Notes: generated by a model from the letters alone, not told the origin. A stretch of 62,201 nucleotides of DNA, filler included, from Choristocarpus tenellus KU-1152 (GCA_964200185.2; 11 parts of 11 records of this genome joined end to end with filler, not necessarily neighbours in it); one strand, 5' to 3'; positions 12,561 through 25,271 are shown, numbered from the whole stretch's first letter. Numbers and translations are program-made.

Positions 12561-13049
12561 CCAAGGGATCAGTTCATTGGCTACACAGATGCTGATTATG
12601 CAAACTCCAAGGACAGTAGATTGTCCATTTCTGGTGGCGTTGTGATTTTTGGGGGAGGATGTGTTCACTGGTGGTCCAGGAAGTAGAAAACGGTTACACT
12701 GCCTACTGCCGAGGCTGAGTATGTTGCATTGTGTGAGTTGGGGAAGGAGGTTATGTTCCTCAAGCAAGTGCACATGTTCATGCAACCGCTTTGTAATGAT
12801 TACCCTCTACCTGTGTTCGAGGATAATAATGGTTCAATCAAGATTGCTAAGAAGGCAGTATCTGGTGGTAGAACCAAGCACATTGATATGAGGTATCATT
12901 GCGTACGTCAGTTGGAGAGGGAAGGAAAGTTAGCATTTGGATATTAATCAACGGATTTCCAACATGCTGATCTTCTTTCTAAGGGTTTGTCTAAGGAATC
13001 CTTCAATAGGTATTCCAATGTTATCATGCGTAGAATGAATTGGGATTAA
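12561..13049 (+). pseudogene. Ty1/Copia RNase H domain (3' end of pol), with stops
   Basis: GYTDADYANSKDSRLSISG, TAEAEYVALCE, FEDNNGSIKIA, RTKHIDMRYH, QHADLLSKGL. Confidence 0.92.
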
Positions 13050-13092
13050 TTTGAGGTGCTATTTTTAACTCGAAGTTCAAAGCAGGGGAGTG

Positions 13093-13458
13093 TGTTGAGA
13101 ATATGCTTTTTCTTCATGTGTAATAGAAGATTCTATTGAAGAACATTCTAAGGATGAAGAGACAATGTTTGTGTTCTGAAGAACAGAAGATAAAGTTGGG
13201 TTTCAAGAACTAGAATATGGAAGAGTTCAGGTATAGGAAGCATTTTGGGATGTAATCCGTGCTTAGTTTGATTAGTCATTTCACATAATATAATTGATTT
13301 GGTGGCATTGATTTGGTGGCAACGACCCCCCCCCTTGGGCTTGGATGTTCATTCCTCCTTTCACCTTCCTTACTTCATGTACAACCTGTTCTACACAATA
13401 AGGAATTAGGCGAGTCATTACACATACACAAATTTTGGGAACACCAATTTCTTCAACA
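13093..13458 (+). mobile_element. 3' LTR of the Copia element (366 bp)
   Basis: PPT AAAGCAGGGGAG is followed by TGTTG...CAACA. Confidence 0.75.
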
Positions 13459-13720
13459 CTACATCCTTCCCATCATTTTGATGGCATGATTGGGATCTGA
13501 TGGGTTTGCATCACGAAGGAGGTGCAACGGACTACAGTGCAGCAAATGAAAGGCAAGGAGTACGAGGCCAATGTCGCTGTCGACGCTGAGTGGAACTAGA
13601 GTGGTGCACGGAGCAGTTGCTGTCAGCGATCAAGGAAAATATGCCGTGGCTGGAATCGGGGAGGGCCTACATACAGCAGGATGACGCGACCCCTCATATG
13701 GGCAAGGGCACAGTGCAAAA
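13459..13720 (+). pseudogene. Plant-type (DD39D-like) mariner transposase fragment
   Basis: FDGMIGI, LLSAIKENMPW and YIQQDDATPH (second catalytic D motif). Confidence 0.75.
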
Positions 13721-13879
13721 GGCCCAAAGTATCTGGGAGGGGGGGGGGGGGTCTACATCAGGGTGTCCATTTATGGCAAAATCAGGAAAAGTGCATTTAC
13801 ATTATCCATTTGACGTATGCAACCAAATAACCCAAAGATCGCCACATAAAAAAATTGACCCTAAATGGACAGCCGCCAC
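13721..13879 (+). mobile_element. MITE family B copy truncated by a Copia insertion
   Basis: GGCCCAAAGTATCTGGG ... AAATGGACAGCCGCCAC switches abruptly to an LTR terminus TGTTAAAA. Confidence 0.85.
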
Positions 13880-14701
13880 TGTTAAAATATCGCCCAAATC
13901 ATCCAAGAGGATAAAAGGTGATAAACCCAGCGAGATTGGTTAAAGAAAGCTAAGTGGGGCATGCAGCACCCCATAAAATGAGAAATATTTCCTTTTATAT
14001 GAGAATTTTTCTCATACAACTAGTCACTAGTAAAAGGTTCGGATACCTGAACCACTAGTTAATTGTTCTGTTACTCCATACATGTTTTACCTTAACTGTC
14101 CGATAGAGTTGGAAGAGTCCAATCGAACATCCTCCCTAGATCAAACAACTCTTGAGAACTTACAATAAAACAATATGGATCCTAGGAGACTCCTCAGGTC
14201 AATCCTGTATGACAAGAATGCAACCAGCTATTGAACTCACTGAAAAGAAATAATTCCAAACAAACACAGTCAAATTCAGCAAGAAGCAAAACACTAAACA
14301 TAGTATAAAATTAGCAAAGCCCCTGCATGCCTCCAAAAAGATATTTCTACTGAAGGCTTGTTCAACACATCTGCATGAAGCTCATCTGAGGTAACATGAT
14401 CAACAATCCTTGTTTGTCCATTAGATACCAAGTCCCTTAGGAAAAAGATGTCACACATCTATATGTTTAAGTCCTGCCAGAACTCAAAGGGTTGTTAGCC
14501 AAATGGATGGCTCCTGTGTTGTCCTCATCATACACTACATAACACGAACCAGTCCTATCAGGTTGCAAGAACTCCAAAACACCTCGCAAAAGCAACAACT
14601 CCTTCATACAGCCCCCCATTGCTATGTACTCTGCCTCTGCCATCGACTGTGCTATGACACATTGGGTCCTGGAAAAGCCAAGAAACTGCTGCTCCCCCAC
14701 A

Positions 14702-15401
14702 TGTTAAAACATAGGCTACTCATCTGTTTGTTCCTTGATAAGATACAGTTCCACCCGTCAACACTGACTGTTGATTGGTCTGTTACGTTCTGGACGTTAA
14801 TTTCACTAGTTCATCATCATCACATCAATTACAATCAGAACACCTTAGTACAGAACAGTCGCTCTGCGTTCCACACAAATAGTATAGTAATGTATACGTC
14901 ACTTGAGTTGCATCACATATTAGTTCAAGTTTGTTCTCTTGTTCTCTTGTTTGTTTTCTTTCACACTTTCTTCTTATGAGCAGAATATGGCAGTTGCACA
15001 TTGATGGTTGACTATTATTTCTTTCGTGACTGCCATTGATCCCTGAAAATGCACCAAACTCACTCTGTACACCGTGTACCAAACACAAAATGGATGTAAT
15101 TAATCAGAGTTAAAACCATCCGTAGAAACCCTTGCCAGCCAAGGTAACAAGCCTCTCCACAGAGCATGGACTTCTTTCGTTGAGTATGAAAGAACACTGA
15201 ATTCACATCACATCATTCTTGACTGAGAGATCAATGACCTCACTTATAACAGAATATCAGTGCTTTGCAGCACAATCACACCTATCCATAACATAGACTA
15301 CACATATCACTCATCAGTGCTTTGCAACACCATGATTCCTCATTGCTCGTAGTCTACGCATTTTGCTTGCATGTACGATGCATTCGATTCAGATTTCAAC
15401 A
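14702..15401. mobile_element. Solo LTR (700 bp) with 5-bp TSD CCACA, inserted in the Copia RNase H
   Basis: TGTTAAAAC...TTTCAACA is flanked by CCACA at 14697-14701 and 15402-15406. RNase H motifs resume on either side. Confidence 0.85.
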
Positions 15402-15564
15402 CCACACATCACTACCCCCCCCATTACAGAACTTCTGTCAAAGGACTCATTGGCAAAATCCGCATCAGCGTAGGTCATCAAGTCCTATCCTGTGCCTTTC
15501 TAGTAGGTTAAGCCCAACTCTCGCATCCCTTTGAGGATCTGGGTCACAGCTCTCCAATGTACTT

Positions 15565-15908
15565 GAGTCAAAGTATCTTAGAGGGTAGAGCAGCGTTCAT
15601 TTGGGGGTCAAATTCCAATGTTGCGATTTTGATGTAATTTTGGCTATCATGTTTGTTAGGGAGTGTCAATGTCCTTGTTCCGGACACACCTTTTCGTAAC
15701 ATACACATTTCAACGGGTTTTTGACGACATTTTGCCAGCTCCAAAAAGTTTCGGAGTAGGTAAAATGTATATGTTATGAAAAGAAGTGTCCAGAACAAGG
15801 ATATTGACATCTCCTAACCAACACGATAGTCAAAATTACATCAAAATTGTAACATTGGATTTTGGTCCCCAAATGGACGCGACTTTACCCTCTAAGATAC
15901 CTTGATTC
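15565..15908. mobile_element. Fusion of two inverted MITE-A pieces, forming a long inverted repeat with about 145-bp arms
   Basis: 15565-15710 is the right end in minus orientation. 15711-15908 is a plus copy lacking its first 60 bp or so. Confidence 0.85.
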
Positions 15909-16053
15909 ATTTTTATTTTTTCCACCATGAAATTTATGTTCGACTCCGCGACCTTGGCCGTTACAATGAGACTGACTCTTCCCCTGTGATGATCTGTTAA
16001 CAACCAAAGCGTGCCTATTCTTTTGCTTAGAATCCTTCCCCTCATGAAGGAAA

Positions 16054-16311
16054 GAGTGAAAGAATCTTAGAGGGTGCGAATTTTGCCCGGTTTATCCATT
16101 TGGGGCTTGGCTTCCCAAGTGTTTTTCTTGAAATTTTCTTACTCCAAAATATTTCGGAGTAGGTAAAATGTATTCGTTATGAAAAGGTGTGTTCGGAACA
16201 AGGATATTGACACTTCCTAACAAACATAATAGCCAAAATTACATCAAAATTGCAACATTGGATTTTGACCCCCAAACGGACGCGGATTTGCGCTCTAAGA
16301 TACTTTGTCTT
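16054..16311 (+). mobile_element. MITE family A copy (258 bp) inside Copia gag
   Basis: TIRs are present. Removal with a 3-bp TSD restores ERYAS|LHEGKDSKQKNRHALVV. Confidence 0.9.
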
Positions 16312-19300
16312 GAAGCATATCGCTCTCTAGCAGTTTTCTCTGCGTCTACTCGACATAGTGTTCTCTGCGAGGCCACCATGCGTATCTCGGTATCATAATC
16401 TGATCCGAGAGCACTCAGGAACTGTAGGAGCAGCAGCTTGTCTGAGATGACCAGGTCCATTGATAGCATCCTCCCCCATAGCTCTTCCAAGCGGTTTAAG
16501 GTCAGGATTCGATACGCCCCCTTCTACATTTTTGAAGTGAAAAACTCATGGAACATATGTTGGCTATTACCCACTGTATTAGGCATGAACCAATCATCTA
16601 TTGCTCATAAAATCTCACTCCGGCTTTGGTGTGTATAGCACAACGCCCTGGTGGTGGGTGCGATGAGAGCAACAGTAAGTGCATGGTAGGCCTCTTCGGC
16701 CATCCAGATATCATTCGCACTGAAGCCATCCGAGAGAAGTTCCTCGTAGGAGCGTTCTTGATTGACTGGTCTTTCACTTGTCAACGCACCCAAGCAGTGG
16801 GTATATCTGCAATGCACGATGATATGCCTTCGCCAGTCCCGGTAGTCCGAGTTGTCCAATAGTTTCGGTGGTTGGGTCCTTGATCCCTTTGTCTTAGGGC
16901 GAACAATATGTGCACCTGACCCCAAGCTCTCTAAAGAACTGGACCTCTGGCTCGCCCCACTTCTGATGCTCATAGAAATTTTCCCTCAACATGGGTTACA
17001 TAGGACCCACTTCGACTATTATGTGCCCAGCCGGAGGCCATGTGCTGGGCACAGCGACCTGGGCGACGGGATGATTTCCGTCGCCGACTCTTTCAGGCTG
17101 AACCATAAGATTGCCAACGTTTCTTGACAAATCCGCTACCGTTGCCATAAGCTGTCGGAATTCTTGGACAGATGAGCCCTCGGCAGGAACAGGTTCCCGC
17201 AATTCTTGAATAGACAGGCCCTTGGTAGGAATGGGTAGAATCGCATCTCCTCGTGTTAGACATGATGAAATGATGTGTTACAGGCGCCCCTCAAAGCTTA
17301 CCTCCACAGGATGTATAGCTCCAATCTACGGGCCAATAGATGATACTGATGTACGTATAGGACTCCTGATGCACATGTCGTCAGGTNNNNNNNNNNNNNN
17401 NNNNNNNNNNNNNNNNNNNNNNNNNNNNNNTTAATTAATTAANNNNNNNNNNNNNNNNNNNNNNNNNNNNNNNNNNNNNNNNNNNNCGGCTCCCCCCCCG
17501 GGGGGGCCCATCTGTCCTTATACCTTTGGCTTGGTCGAGGTCACTTCCAAATCGTAGCGGTGCCCTCCACAAGCACCGAACTATTTTTTGAACAAAATAT
17601 ATCTCGTTCAAAAAGGGACCCTTAAAAAGTGCCGCAACAATTGCGAAAAAAAAACATATCGCACTTCTACCAGGACAATTTCGGGTCTAACCCATCCTCC
17701 ATAGTATGCTCCATCCTCAATTTCGCTGAGGCTGTTAGTAGTAGTAGATGGCGACCAATGTAGTGGGTATACAGGGAGGCAGGGGGGGTTAGCAGGAAGT
17801 GCGCTGTTACGGCAGAGGCTGTGACATATTTAGTAGTCACGCTTCAAGCAACGATGTCATACTATGACATGCGCTTCGAGGTGGAGACAGGGAGTCAGAG
17901 GACCAGACTAGCTCTTGAGTTCCTTTTTTTTGTACTAAAATTCTAGACGGCCTTCAAAGTGCTGCTGCTGGTAGTCTAGAAGAAGAGAACTGAATGGTCT
18001 TTCTTGTTAGAGCCGGTACTCAATAATTAGGTTTTATGCATATTAGGGAGGTCTTTGTGGTAAGCAACGAATGCTCTTTTTGTTTCTATTTTTTTTTTCC
18101 CTTTGGTCACATGATGGAAATACTTTTCTTTATCTGCAAAAGGGAAACGACCTAACAAATTCATGGTCAACTGAAATTTCAGCATTCTCGAAACCACAAC
18201 TACAAGACTATAGACCACTGCTACTCTAACAATGGCATCGATCCCTGAGAGTACTATTTAAACTACATATAATCCAGTACAAATGTACTATAAGTACCAC
18301 ATTTAAAGTACACAAAACAAGCTGTGAACTAAAAACGAATTTAGGAAAATCGAGGGGGATTTTGTCAACACAAGGAGAGCATCCTGTGCCAAACCAGACA
18401 CATGTTGAAAGAGTTTGGGAAAGACGCACGCAGTCCAAATTGGCAGATTGCAAGTAACACGTTCATTCTTGGGGATCATCATGAACCGTAAGCAACCACA
18501 CTGGTACAACACATTCGGAGTCCAACCAACAGAGAGAGGCACAGTTACACTTAAAGGATCCCGAGAAAGAGTAAAAGGAAAGCGTTTGTACTTCAGAGTA
18601 GCTGATGAAGGGGGAGATGTCTTTTATTATAGTACCTTATATCTAGGTGACCGTGAGACAATATTCTTATGTCTTGTATTTGGTTGTGTTTATCATTGTG
18701 AGGGGAGAACGCCTCTCTATGACATTGCTCTATTTCAATGTTGGGAGTACAATTCCAGAAAGAACTCTTGCTGAACTGTTTGTGCCACTTTGTGTGTGTA
18801 AAGGGGGGATATCGATTTTGTATACACTATTGTTCACTTCAAGAAATGAAACAGGGTGCACTGCACAGGGTAAGAAAGATGGCTAAGAATGCAGAAGGGT
18901 CCAAGCCTCCCTAAATTTATTGTAGCTTGCAATGCTACACAAGTGTATTGGCATGCCAAGAAGACTGTCAGGTACACGGTCCATCTCAAAGTCAGTCCGC
19001 TAGGCACAAGCAGGTGGGAGGTCGTTCAATAGCTTTCCACGTGAGAGGTTTCAACATCGACTGGGGCATGGGGGGTATTGCAGGTAAGTCGTCGCTTTTT
19101 TTCCCCCATGGACGTAATGTGACATACATAGACCCACCCCATTGATAGAAACAAACCTCATTTGATCTATGAGGTACCTGCCCCCTCAATTTTGGCATGA
19201 CTTGAAAAAAAACCACCAACGAGGTCAACATCGAGAGGTATGGACCCTGCCGAAAAAAGAAAAAACATCAAATCTACGCCTGTCTCTTGAGATCAGTTAA

Positions 19301-19568
19301 GTAAAGTGTCGCATTTGTTTCACACAATACAACAATAGGGTTTAAATGTTTTAAAGGGCCTACCCCTTGCCTGTCCAGTATAACCTTGGTCGGTGAATTG
19401 AAAGTGGTCGACAACATAAAAACACCAATGCAACTGACCGACTCGGAAAGATCCAACGAACTCAAAACTGGAAGTAGAACAAGCACATCATGCATCTAAC
19501 TCACTTCACATCAAGATTAAACAAGACATGCAAGGACCTCACTTCACAAAGCAGATCGAGCAGAGCAC

Positions 19569-19599
<31 letters not shown>

Positions 19600-20853
19600 T
19601 CGGACGACGCAACCGACCACAAACATCATCGGAATGTTCTAGTTCTGATTATCACCAGAGAACGGTTAAAAAGTCGACCAAATAATACATCACAGCGATC
19701 AGATCGCTCCGCTCCATAACTCTCTTTACCCATCACTAAATCTTGCCACATGACTGACTGACTCCCCCCCCCGCCCGCAGCAGAGTGCGCGGTCTCAAGA
19801 ACTATACCATTTTCAAACGATCGTCAATAACTTGACCAGGCCTGATGCGGCTACAAGTACCACGGCCTAGAGAGCTCGAGCTCAACAGCAATCCCCACTC
19901 AAGTACTACAAAATCCCAACTGGAGCACAAAAGCACAGAAAACAACACACACACACACACACACACAAAATGAGTACACCTTGGTTTATAATCCGATGCA
20001 TTTTCCTACCACCACAATACCATCTGTACATCTGAAACTATGCATGAAAACTAACAATAAAAATGCAGTGATGACTTTGGCTCTCAAACAGAGGGGGGTG
20101 GGGGTGGGGGTGGGGAGGACTGCCAAGTCTGCACCCAAAGCACAAAAAGATATTGGATCTAGCCATTCCGGGCGGGACATGGACTACAAATGACTGATTT
20201 AACCATGCTAGCAGACAGCGCACAACCCACACAGGATGAACCGCAACCCATCACCATCTCTATTCCTTCCCAGGCCAGGGCAGTGCACTCCAATTAAGCC
20301 TCACAATTGTAACTAGTAATTTCGTATCACTACACCACCGAGCCTTTGCCTGGAGGCATCTCCTTCCAGAAAATATCATTCACTCTCTACATCCCCTCCT
20401 CTCCTGGTAAGGCCTCTCCAAGCAATACGTCTGGCGGAGCAATGTGGGATGTAACATGTGAGGTAGGGAATGGCCGTCTTAGGTACATGCGTGACCTACT
20501 TACTACTACAGGTTGCATGGAAAAAGACAAAAACCCTAACCCTAACCCTAACTTGTATTTAAAGCTCTTGTCGATTCTGTTACGGCGTGTTCAAAATAAT
20601 GTAACCATCGGTCACACCATACCCCAAAAAATCTCTACAAAACCTCGTCTACCCAAAACAGTCCATATATTATATATATACATACCTTGAGAAAATAGAA
20701 TAAAAATCTGAAAAAAAGATCAAACGGATGACTTTATTTAATGCCCGTGCAAAATTCTATTCCATTCTGTTTTAGAATAAAAAAAACAGAAGGTTAAAGT
20801 GGAGAGCTCAAAAAGCGCCGTGGTGCAGCAGTAGGTTTTGCCACAAAAGAGGC

Positions 20854-21008
20854 ATTTACATTGATGAGAAGGAGGAATATTTACATTAATGAGAAGGAGG
20901 AATATTACATTGATGAGAAGGAGGAATATTTATACTGATAAGGAGGAATATTTACAATGATAAGGAGGAATATTTACATTAATGAGAAGGAGGAATATTC
21001 ACAATGGC
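20854..21008 (+). repeat. Minisatellite, about 6 units of 22-25 bp
   Basis: ATTTACATTGATGAGAAGGAGGAAT units. Confidence 0.9.
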
Positions 21009-21196
21009 ATGAGTACGGTTTTGCTCAACTCTTTGAGTTTATGGATGCATCTCTCAGCAAAGAAGGAAAAAAAAAACACACAAGCGGTAGGTAGTTGTCC
21101 ACTCCATCAAATACCATCAAACACCATCAAGCAATCAGGATAGGTATCACCTACACTACTAATCGATATCCTCTCTCACGTCCATGCTCGCTAGCG

Positions 21197-21283
21197 CCCT
21201 AACCCTAACCCTAACCCATACACGGGGATGAAACTCTAACCCTAACCCTAACCCATACACGGGGATGAAACCCTAACCCTAAC
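21197..21283 (+). repeat. Interstitial telomere-like CCCTAA repeats within a 37-bp tandem unit
   Basis: (CCCTAA)3 alternates with CCCATACACGGGGATGAAA twice. Further CCCTAA runs lie near 20534-20552 and 21781-21799. Confidence 0.85.
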
Positions 21284-22066
21284 ATTAGCATCACGGTGCT
21301 CACACAATACAAACAATACGCGATTGATACAATTTATTATTCTGGCAGTGCTTAAAAAAATAAACAAACGATAAAAGCACAATAATAAAAAGAAGAAATA
21401 GACATTAATAAAAAATCTATGTTTCTCAATCACCCCGTGACTCTCCTCCATTCCTCTCACCATAGCACCTGAGCGTGGTGGGGGGGGGGGGCGGCGGCGC
21501 GCTGCTGCATTGTGTTGAATGCAATGGGAAAGTCGAGAAACCTTCACCAAAAGTGTGAGTAACATCACATCCCCCAGCTCTGCAAGTAACTCCTTCTGTG
21601 ACATCCCACTACGCTCTCCTGATTATATGCCTGGACAAAAAATCCACCCCAACCTTGATGAATATGTATATATATATATATTGAAAAAAAAAAATACCCG
21701 GGAGGCAGATGGAGTGTCCTCAAACTACACTCTCTTTTATTCCACCATCAAATCCGACGCTCCCTCTGTGGAATAAAAGGTAACCCTAACCCTAACCCTT
21801 AGAAGGTTGGATCAGACCCGTCGAAGCACTTAAAGTTATCGTCTTTTTTTTTTTTTATGAGTTTTGACCCCCGTGCACCCGTTCGTTCGGGGCTTGGCTG
21901 CCCACAGTTTTTTTTTTCTATGTGAATGAATACAGTTACATACAGTTACAAAAATACAACCGTATTNNNNNNNNNNNNNNNNNNNNNNNNNNNNNNNNNN
22001 NNNNNNNNNNTTAATTAATTAANNNNNNNNNNNNNNNNNNNNNNNNNNNNNNNNNNNNNNNNNNNN

Positions 22067-22123
22067 TATGAAAAAATTGACCCGAAATGGACAGCCACCA
22101 CCCCCTCCCAGATACTTTGAGCC
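22067..22123 (+). mobile_element. MITE family B right end at contig start
   Basis: AAATGGACAGCCACCACCCCCTCCCAGATACTTTGAGCC. Confidence 0.75.
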
Positions 22124-22569
22124 ATTTACTACCATCGTAGATTTCCGAACAAAATTATGTTGTAGCCATACCTGTTCTCATAGTGTAAAAACACGCACCT
22201 AACGAATCATCTGTACACACTTCTCAACCAATCCCAGTATGTTCGGTTCCAATACCCTTATCCCATCAAATTAGACACGTCTCTGCCAAATGACACATAC
22301 ACGCCAAACAACACATTATGGATATTTTATCCACAATGGGCTGCGCTAGTATTGCTGCTTTTTTCAACCATTACTTCTTCACATTCTCTCTAGTGATTGC
22401 ATCGCATCGGATCATTCGGACTATCCTACCCATGTACTCACAGAGACCAACATATACCTCTTCTTTCACGACACACACTCGAACACCTAACCTCTTAGGA
22501 CTGGACAGATAGCTCAGATAGCGACGGCAGGCTGCAAAGTATAACATTCACGAAACACCTCCAGAGCAG

Positions 22570-23297
22570 TACATTCAGAAGCCAAGAGATTGTTCACCTT
22601 CCGACCTCAAGATTGACCTTTCGGGACGACACGATCCATGTGTTCCTAAATTCAGTGGGATAAAGTCCATGCACAGGTTCTTCACGGGCTGAAAGACCAA
22701 TGTCACCTATTGTGCATTGATGTACAGTGAGATGTCGTCCTAACGCACGAACTGCGCCGTCAGCAACCTTGCCAACTGTAAGTTGCAACTCACGCACGTG
22801 CCCGCCCTGAAAGAGGTATCCCTCGGATTTCTGGAGAGGATCGGTTTAATAACATCGTCTTTTTTGTTCTGATTTCTACATTCTGCATCAGAATGTGATG
22901 AAGATTTATGTAAACTGCACCATTTCTTTTGGAGATTACTTCTCTATCTGCAATTTTTAGCAAAATGTCCAAACATATTATACACAAAACAGTTGACTTA
23001 TGAGGCAACATGTATCTGAGGAGTCACCTCTCCAGGAACAAGGAGCGGCTCGACGTGGCGAATATATGCATTGTGTGCACGGAGCTATCTGAGTACAATG
23101 GGCTTGGGTTCTTACCGTTCACTGTGCACCGTAAGGACACAGTTCACTGGAACACCAGGAACAATTCCAGCTATGGAGGGATGTTCAGTGCTGTCGATGA
23201 GGTTGTCTTTGTCCTTGAAGACTTCGAGGTGTTGAGCGTGAGCTTCGTCGATGGAGTGCCGACAATTCGCATGTCCCGGACAGACAGGGTGAGCCAC
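22570..23297 (-). pseudogene. Degenerate two-exon Cys/His-containing coding remnant, possibly transposase-associated
   Basis: CPGHANCRHS...EPLLVPGE ends at a GT donor. An acceptor near 22808 is followed by GTCVSCN. In-frame stops are present and the identity is uncertain. Confidence 0.25.
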
Positions 23298-23709
23298 ACA
23301 GGTTTTGTTCTAACTCTAATTACTACGGAACAATATTATATCCTCATACACATTACATTTTCAAGAATATTGATAGAGTTTGAAAAAATGCTTCTTCTGA
23401 GAATTATTATGTCCTTTGCATACCTTACTTTCTCTTTGACTACCACACTTCATAACTTTCCAATAATCTGTCCAAACCATCTTTGAACTGGATTTTTATT
23501 CTGACTCTTTCTAACCCTTCCCAAGTATATCTCGTACATTTGTTTCGGTTTTTCCCACCTAACAATACTAACTCTACTTGAACATCGTCCCAGTCCCACC
23601 TTATCAGCCTTCCCCAATGAAATCAAATATCGTTGTGGCACTGTAGGACGCATAACCACGTCTCTGCTTCGTCCCCCTTCAGGCAATACTAATACCTGAC
23701 TTTACAGAC

Positions 23710-24500
23710 CTTCACCACAACGACCTGGACAACATGTTCTCCATCGTGCCTGGTCAATACCAGAGGTTCGCTTCGAAGTCCAACCAAAAATCCCTTGGTC
23801 GAATACCTGCATGCTTCTCAACGCAACTCAAACTTGGAGACAAATCCATTGCCAAATTCGGTTGAGGCACCGCCCTTATCCTAGTCGCGAGTGGGGATGC
23901 TATCGCACGGGGGGAGGTCCGCTACATTGACATAGACGATTCAGGAGCATTTGCCTACTCTGTGTGTTACCTAAACGACGATGGTGAGGATTCTTTGCCC
24001 CCTGGGCTGAAGTTGTACATGACAGAGGATGAGATCGACAGGGGTGTCGAAGAACTTCGGACAAAAGAGAGGAGGGAACATGATGAGAGTCTGCAGCCCA
24101 ACATCTCAACCAACGCTGCCAGCAACTGGTTCGGCAGGAAAGGCGTAGGGATCGCGAGAAGGATACTGGGACCTACATACTCCTCCAATCATCACTGAGG
24201 GTTCTACAGAAACGGGACGAGGAAAGAACATTTTATGATCGAGCCAAGGGTAGGGAAGTGTACTTCTAGTGAGACCGCCAGTGGGATGCGAGGGACCTTG
24301 ACCAGATACCAGCCCCACTATACGATAAGAGTTGTTGGAAATGAGCGAGTCAGCTATCCCTATGAGGTGAAATGAGAGAATGGCGAGGTGCGAAATATTC
24401 CGCTTGCCGTGGAACGGTACACTACAAAACCGAATGCTCCTCCACAGGCGTGGTTCTGGACAAGTCTCACATATCTGTAATGCACAAGACAGACCAGACA
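23710..24500 (+). mobile_element. Probable 3' end of a Gypsy-like pol (degenerate)
   Basis: Stop-interrupted frame ending PLAVERYTTKPNAPPQAWFW. It loosely resembles the end of the Gypsy remnant near 52000-52090. Confidence 0.3.
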
Positions 24501-24571
24501 CGGACAGGCTACGGTGTGCATTCATGTTTGCCAGTCACCCTCCTTACTTCATCAGTCCGGTACATGCTTCC

Positions 24572-24756
24572 GACCCAAAGTATCTGGGAGGGGGGTGAGG
24601 TCTAAACCAGGGCAGGGCGTCCATTTGGACCAAAATCAGCAAAAGTGATTTTATATTATCCATCCGACATATGCAACCAAATTACACAAAAATAGCGAAA
24701 TGAAAAAATTGACCCCAAATGGACAGTCGCCACACACCCCCCAGATATTATGAGCC
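24572..24756 (+). mobile_element. MITE family B full copy (185 bp), TSD TTCC
   Basis: GACCCAAAGTATCTGGG ... CCCAGATATTATGAGCC, flanked by TTCC on both sides. Confidence 0.9.
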
Positions 24757-24880
24757 TTCCACCGACATATTGTGTGAGGGAGGTTGGGCTTTATTGATTC
24801 GAGAGGGAATTTTTACGTACATGTTGGTCAGTTTATTGTTTTTAATGCATATATAATCTACCATGTGATTGATGTGATTC

Positions 24881-25271
24881 TGTGATGGCGTGGTTCACTC
24901 AGGCAAGGGTGGCGAAAAGAATCACCGGGCAAGACGGATCAGATGAACAAAGACGAACCGTAACCGAGAAGGCGAGGTTATGGTTACACAAGTGCAAGAC
25001 TGAAAGGACTTGCAGGAAAAAGCGGGGAACTGAGGAAATGGGGAGGATCACGATCCGGATGGGTTTCGGAAAAGAAACCCTCCACAGATAGGATATCTGT
25101 CTTCAGAAAACCTTGCTGATAAAGAGACGTTGCTGGAAGACACAGAAATCTACCACTCAAAATATCCTCCACACAGTCGAACCGAAGTTCTCAGAATACA
25201 ACCTCAATCGGTATAACGGTATATAGCCTACGCAAATAACGGTATAACCAAAGATAAACATGCTTTCCACA
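24881..25271 (-). mobile_element. Candidate 3' LTR (391 bp)
   Basis: On the minus strand a PPT AGAGAGGGGGGG precedes TGTGG...TCACA. Confidence 0.5.

Larger units (their letters stand above)
13880..17386 (-). mobile_element. Degenerate Ty1/Copia element: gag (about 15910-17200), RT/RNase H (about 14300-15560), 3' LTR 13880-14129
   Basis: Gag: DYRDWRRH, LLLLQFLSALGSDYDTEIR, RHALVV. RT/RH: HWRAVTQIL, TYADADFA, SMAEAEYIAM, EDNTGAIHLANNPLSSGRT. PPT AGGGAGGA precedes the LTR start TGTTCG on the minus strand. Confidence 0.88.

Noticed and set aside
13590-13943. ORFs with QSIWGGGG...VHLHYP motifs (also 24372, 25492, 31945)
   Set aside because: They are read-through of MITE-B.
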